Positions 48,539-64,000 of a stretch of DNA of 64,000 bases are shown one piece after another. Under the pieces are notes generated by a model. That model did not search any database and had not been told where the DNA came from. It worked only from the letters and a program-made list of their open reading frames with translations. Origin of the DNA: the human T2T-CHM13v2.0 reference genome, Homo sapiens; the NCBI RefSeq assembly GCF_009914755.1, contig NC_060946.1. One strand, written 5' to 3'. Positions within the stretch are counted from its first letter, which is position 1, and every line of letters begins with the position of its first letter. The position numbers were made by a program, and so were the translations under genes.

Positions 48539-51500
48539 GCCACAGTGACCGCCTGCCCCCGCCCCTCCCCATCTGTCCCCTCTCTCCACACCCAGCCCCT
48601 GCTCCTGCCCAGGCTGCCCTGCCCAGCGCCTCATCAGCCTCTGCCTTGTCCCACTGAGGTCCAGGGTAGCTCGGGGCAGGGGTGGGGCAGTCCAGTGTTG
48701 GGGACTGTCTACGTATGTGCAAGTATATCCCAGGGCATGTGCCCCGCAGGGGCCTAGAGGGTGGGGGCCAGGGGTATTTGCATTCGTACATTGTGTCATC
48801 AAGCATTCCTTGAGCGCCTACTGGGCATCCGGCCTGTGCTGGGCATGGGTGGTGACATTGGCAGAAATGGCCACTGGAAAGGGGAGCGATGAGCTGTGGA
48901 GGAAGCCCTGGTGGTACCAGAGGCCAGAATGGTGGGAAAGACAGACCCAGATAATGCTGGGAAGTGTGGCTACACCGTGGCTTGGTCATAGGGTGAGTGT
49001 AAACACCCACAGGACACTGGGGGCTGTCACCCTGCTCCGGCAGTCCTGCTAAGAGTGTCAGGGCCGTCTCCATTTTATGGTTGAGGAAACTGAGGTCTAG
49101 AGAGGTCAAGATTACTTGCCCAGAATCACTCAGGCAGCTAGTGATAGAGGTGGGGCCAAGCCCAGGCTGCCCGACTGCAGACCACGTGCTCTTCCCTGGC
49201 CACCCACCTCCTACCATCCCCACGCTTGGGGCTTCCCTGCTCAGTGTTACTGTCATTCTGGGAGGCCTTGGGGCCCTCAGCCCCTTGAGACACCCTGATT
49301 CTGCTGCATGCCAAGGGCCTGTTCTGCCCCAGCTGTTCCTCCTCCCCTGGGGACAGCCCCACCTCCGGGTCCCTCCACCCACATCCCCCTGGTCCTACCC
49401 CTGGCCCTTGGCCTCCTCCAAGAGGGCTCACCCCGGGTGCTGCTCTGTGCTCTGCGTGTCCCACAGACGCTTGTTCCAGGGGGCTCCAGCAAACCCCTTC
49501 GTGGTCTCTCAAAGGACTGATCACTGTCCTTGCCTCTAGGAGGGGTCACTAAGCCCTTACCTAGGGCTGGGTGGACAACAAGGCACAGATGAGGGTGTGA
49601 CTGGCCCGAGGTCACGGTGAGTGAGTGGCAAAGCTGGCCCTGACGCCTGGGTTTCTTGGCCCCAGCTGCCCAGCAGGTGCCTCGATTCCCTGCCCTTGTG
49701 ACCTCCCAGGAAACAGAACTGATCTGGGACACTATGTCACCTCTCCTCTCATCTGGGGTCAGTCAGGGTTCGGGGGCTGCAGCAGCCAAGCGCATGAGAG
49801 GTGTTTCCTTGGCCTTCCAGAAGGCCCACTGTGGAGCCAGCCTCCCTATGGGAGGCAGAGCGGCAAGGACAGGGCTTTGGAATCAGCCAGGTCGGCTCCT
49901 GGGCTGTGGCCGTGGAGAAACACTGCCCCCAGGATGACACAGGCAAGAGCCCCTGAGGCATGGGAGGCCCAGGGAAGACCATGGGCTGTAGGGGAGAGTG
50001 TGGCAGGTGACCCAAAGGCCCAAAGAGGGCCGTGGGGCCTGAGGAGGTCATAATCTCTTCTGAGTGGGGGCAGGTCGATTCTTGCACAAGGTGGGCTCTT
50101 CACTGAGCCATAAGGGACAGGGAGGTATGGGAGAGCGCTGGGGGCCCATCCCCCTGTCCACCCAGTGTCCACTGGCCTGTCCTTCAGGGAGCAGAGCAGA
50201 GCAGGTGGTGGACGGGCCCAGTGCTGGGTGTTTTCACCACCATCCCCCCATCCCCCATCTAAGAATCCTAAGAGGCAGGCGATCCCTCACCTGCTTACTC
50301 ACTCAGCAGTTACCCGGCCCCTGTGCTGGAGATACCAAGGGCATGGGTGGTCCCTGCTTCGATGGCCCCAAAGCTGGGCCAGAGTTAAGGGAAAGAGGAG
50401 GAAGTCCTAAGCAGAGAAGTAGCACCATTATCCCCATTTAACAGAAGGGAAACTGAGGCTCGGCAAGCATAGGCGAGTTGGCAGTGGAACACGGATCTAA
50501 ACTCAGGTGTGTCCAAGTCCTCCCAAAGGACAGCAGTGATGGAGAGGACCCCAGCCAGCTGTGTGACAGCTGGTTGTTGCTGACTTCATTTTCCAATCCG
50601 GAGAAGGGGCTCTGTCCACAGTCCCCCGCCGCCAGGTGGCCCACATGGGACCAGCATGGGGGCAGGTTATCTGTTGGCCTGAAGAGTGAAACCTGTACCA
50701 GGCCAAAGGTGAGGGCGTGAGTGAGGGCAGGAGTGTTTATGGCAGAGTGAAGTTCTGTGCCCACCACAAGAGGCTGTGAGATGTTCTGACCCTCACCCAC
50801 TGTCCACCAAAAGCCTCTCCTGCTGATGGGCACTAGGAGACCTCAGGGTACTGCCCATCTGTTTCTCCTCGGGTGCCAGCCAGCTGCTGGTGATCCTCAG
50901 CCGGAGGGCAGGGTACCAGGTAAGCTTAACTCCATCTTGGGTGTTTGTGACAGGCCCTGCCTGCCACCCTAGGCAGGGAAAGCTGTCAAGACTCCTGCCA
51001 GGAATGGGGGGTGCTGAGTCATCTCACGAAGAATCCCTCACTCTTCCCGGGTTCAGCCCAGAAGCCCTTCCAGGCATGATCTTCCCCATCAGGCTGGGCT
51101 CTGGCAGGGACCTGCCCAGGATGGAGATGAGAGAGGGTGAGAGATGGAGGGCGAGATTTGGATGGGACCCAGGGCTCCTGACTCTGCCCTGGAAGGTTCA
51201 TGGGGAAACTCGCTCCTTCTGTTGGCAGAGGACAGCCCCTGGGGAACCCCAGGCCCAACTCTGTCCGGTATCCCTTTTCCTCCCAGCTGCCCTCCCCTAC
51301 TTCTCCCTTGCTCCCAAAGCTTTCCTTGGAGAAGGGCCCTCCTGCAGCTGGACCCTGCAGGGTGGCTCCCTCCTCCCCATCAAGCACAAGAGAGGGCCCA
51401 GGAAAAAAGGTTTCACATAAGTGTAGAGTCGCAAGGACGCTTAGAGTCGGCAGAGTCTGGGGTAGGGAGACAGCGACTTGTCCAAGGTCAAGCACAGAGG

Positions 51501-52200
51501 GAGAGGTTCAGGAGTCAGGTCTTCTGCCTTCTGAGTTGGCTCATCCTGGGCAGTCACAGACTGTCCTGCCTGCACGGCTCCTATCCACCTGGGGGTGTCG
51601 CAGTTGAGGGGCTAATTCCCAGGGGACTGACGTTAGTTCCCTACTCCATCCTTCCCTGGTGATTCTTGATCTTCAAAGCCTCGGGGATCCCAGGTTTCCC
51701 CATGTAACTGAGACACCCTGCCTGTTAGCCCTGGGAGACCCCTAACCTTGGCCCAAGACCCCTTTGATTCTCTAAGGAGCACGAAAGGGGGAATGCCCCT
51801 CCCAGGAGTTTATGGGAGAAGGGACTGGGCCGGCTGCCTCCCAGCGATGCACTTGACCTGACACTCCCCATGTCCTGGTGCGCACAGCCCTTGTCGGTGC
51901 CCCGGCCCCTCCCGCAGCGTTACTGCCTGTGTATAGTATAAATATATATATTTTCTATATATAAGATGTATAATATAAGGCTCCACAAATATATCTGTGT
52001 GTGTGTGTGCGTGTGTGTGCGGTGAAGGGCGGTCCCCATCCTGGGCCTCCACTCTAGACCCCCCCACCACCTGGTTAAGTCTCGAGTGAATCCAGTGGCC
52101 CCGTGGCACCCTCCTTTATGACATCCATCCATCTGTGGTGAACCAAGTGAAGGTGGTGACTTCTGGTGACATAGTAATAAAGTGAAGACTCAGAACCCAC
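48539..52200 (+). other. SYNGR1: SYNGR1a 3'UTR (~3.6 kb) with antisense MIR fragments (~49040-49200, ~50425-50520)
   Basis: From the stop codon to AATAAA 52176; end position approximate. Confidence 0.8.
52176..52181 (+). terminator. SYNGR1: Poly(A) signal of SYNGR1a
   Basis: AATAAA followed by a GU/U-rich element (GTGTGTCACCGTGTTTCTTTGTTCTT ~52213-52238). Confidence 0.85.
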
Positions 52201-52343
52201 CAGTGATTGCAAGTGTGTCACCGTGTTTCTTTGTTCTTCATTCTGCGTTTGGCTTGGATGCTCCATCCCGTTTGTCTCCTTAGACAGGCCATGTCTTACT
52301 TGGTTATTATTGTTTGTTAATTTTTCATTACACAATGAACCTA

Positions 52344-54897
<2,554 letters not shown>

Positions 54898-54899
54898 TC

Positions 54900-55750
54900 C
54901 CACCAGAAAAGGCTCTGGAGCCCAGGCCGGGTGGGAGGAGCAAGTGGGCGTGGCCTGGGCATGGCCCGTCGGTCAAGGTACTGGCCCTGCCCACGCCCGG
55001 GAGAGGGGCGGGCGAGAGAGATGCTAAGCCAATCGGATTGCGGTCATCGGGGGCGAGCGGAGTCTGCAAGAGGTCCGAGGAGTAGCGGGTGCCGAGGGAA
55101 GGAGCGCGGCGGGGCGGGTGAGGGATCCCGGGGCTCCGTTCCAGGACACCCAGGTTCTGACCCCGTTTAGGAGTGCGGAGGGCAGGGGCTGCCTGCAACC
55201 CAAGGAGCCCGAGCTACCCTGAAGGCCGACCCTGAGGCCGCTGCTCAGCGAGAGGAGCCGACCCTTGGGGGACAGCGGGGTCGGGTTCCAAGCCGGGGCT
55301 GCTGGGGCTGGTCAGGCCGCCCGCCCTGCTTGACCCCTCTCACCTGATGGCTCCCTTCTCCAATCTTCAAGAAGGTGAAACGTCACTGTGGTCCGCAGAG
55401 GGCAGGCCGCGTGTGCGGAGTCGCTGTCATCCCTTAGTGGCCACGCCCGCCTCCCTCTCCACTTCCCGTCTTCGTCGTTGCGGTTCAGGTGTTCGCTCCA
55501 CTCTGCGGCACCAAAGGCCCGTCACGTGCTTCCCCTGCCCAGACACCCCAAACACCGAAACTGTCATCCGAAGGCCCCGCACCTGCCGCCTGTCGGATGC
55601 TGAAGAACGAATCCCAGGTGGAGAGGACAGCACCCCAAAAGGGATGGGGGATGGATTGGGGCGTCTGAGCCCCGTGGAGTATGTCAGCCTTTCAGAGCGA
55701 CCCGCTCCACGCTGCGATGTGGTCCTTAAGAAGTTAGGGCCGGGCACGGC
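54900..55750. promoter_or_regulatory. Second (orphan) CpG island with GC boxes, CCAAT, KLF motifs and an E-box
   Basis: CpG-rich non-repeat DNA; GGGGCGGG 55005 and 55111, CCAAT 55029, GCCACGCCC 55440, GTCACGTG 55521. Confidence 0.7.
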
Positions 55751-56334
55751 GCCTCACGCTGTAATCCCAGCACTTTGGGAGCCAAGGTGGGCGGATCATC
55801 TGAGGTCAGGAGTTCGAGACCAACCTGGCCAACATGGTAAAACCCCAACTCTATTAGAAATACAAAAATTAGCTGGGTGTGGTGGCAGGCGCCTGTAATC
55901 CCAGCTAGTCGGGAGTCTGAGGCAGGAGAATTGCTTGAACCCGGGAGGCGGAGGTTGCAGTGAGCGGAGATGGAACACCCCTGCACTCCAGCTTGGGTGA
56001 CAGAGAACGACTCCGTCTCAAAAAAAAAAAAAAGTTAGGGCCGGTCGTGGTGGCTCACGCCTGTAAGCGAGGCCAAAGCTCCAGAACAGCATCTCTACTA
56101 AAAATACAAAAATTATTCGGGCGTGGTGGTGGGTGCCTGTAATCTCAGCTACTCGGGAGTCTGAGGCAGGAGAATCGCCCGTGAACCCAGGAGGGGTAGG
56201 TTGCAGTGAGCAGAGAGCATTCCACTGCACTCCAGCCTGGGTGACAGGCTGAGCACTCACTCAGCCTGGAGCGAGACTCCATCTAAAAATAAATTAATAG
56301 ATAAGTTAGGGCTGGGTGAGGTAGCTCACACCTA

Positions 56335-56625
<291 letters not shown>

Positions 56626-56712
56626 TCATTAAACCCTGCAAGGGTTTTAACTGACTCAGGACAATTTGGAGAAATATGAAAACTATTTCAAAGAAATGCT
56701 AGGTTTCAGAAT

Positions 56713-59710
<2,998 letters not shown>

Positions 59711-59864
59711 CTCAGCACACTGATTCTGGCCCCTCTCCATCTCCCCTTTATTTTATTCTGAATCTTTTTTCTTCTCCTTTTAGTCTCCTTGTCAATTAGA
59801 TAGCTACACTTGACTATGGGCCTGAGCTATGCTGCGTACTTTGTAAAGCATTGTCTAGTTCACT

Positions 59865-64000
<4,136 letters not shown>

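Noticed and set aside
47972-49382. 276- and 371-aa antisense ORFs over the distal exon (and similar over 40809-41497 and 42268-42966)
   Set aside because: Shadow ORFs of high-GC3 coding exons and GC-rich UTR; no antisense splice structure linking them
51927-51978. Pumilio element in the AU-rich island
   Set aside because: TGTATAGT and TGTATAAT do not match UGUAHAUA

Overview
Human (primate), Alu-dense genomic DNA containing the complete SYNGR1 (synaptogyrin-1) gene on the + strand. It has a CpG-island promoter with exon 1a (ATG 16688), an alternative first exon 1c (ATG 30813), common exons at 40932-41169 and 42668-42813, and two alternative terminal exons: proximal 44213 (1b/1c) and distal 48317 (1a) with a ~3.6 kb 3'UTR ending near AATAAA 52176. 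The rest is mostly Alu, L1, L2, MIR, ERV/MaLR LTRs (including a sense solo LTR12C in intron 1) and hAT DNA-transposon remnants, plus an orphan CpG island at ~55 kb. The two most interesting observations are: (1) a stop-free -1 reading frame runs through exon 1a, both common exons and both terminal exons, and exon-1c AUGs reach it through either of two canonical GT donors, predicting NMD-immune 204-276 aa alternative proteins; (2) the terminal-exon choice carries a possible cell-type switch, with NOVA-type YCAY arrays on the proximal poly(A) sites and a QKI-type ACUAAC cluster at the distal acceptor. Repeat family names come from recalled consensus sequences and their boundaries are approximate.
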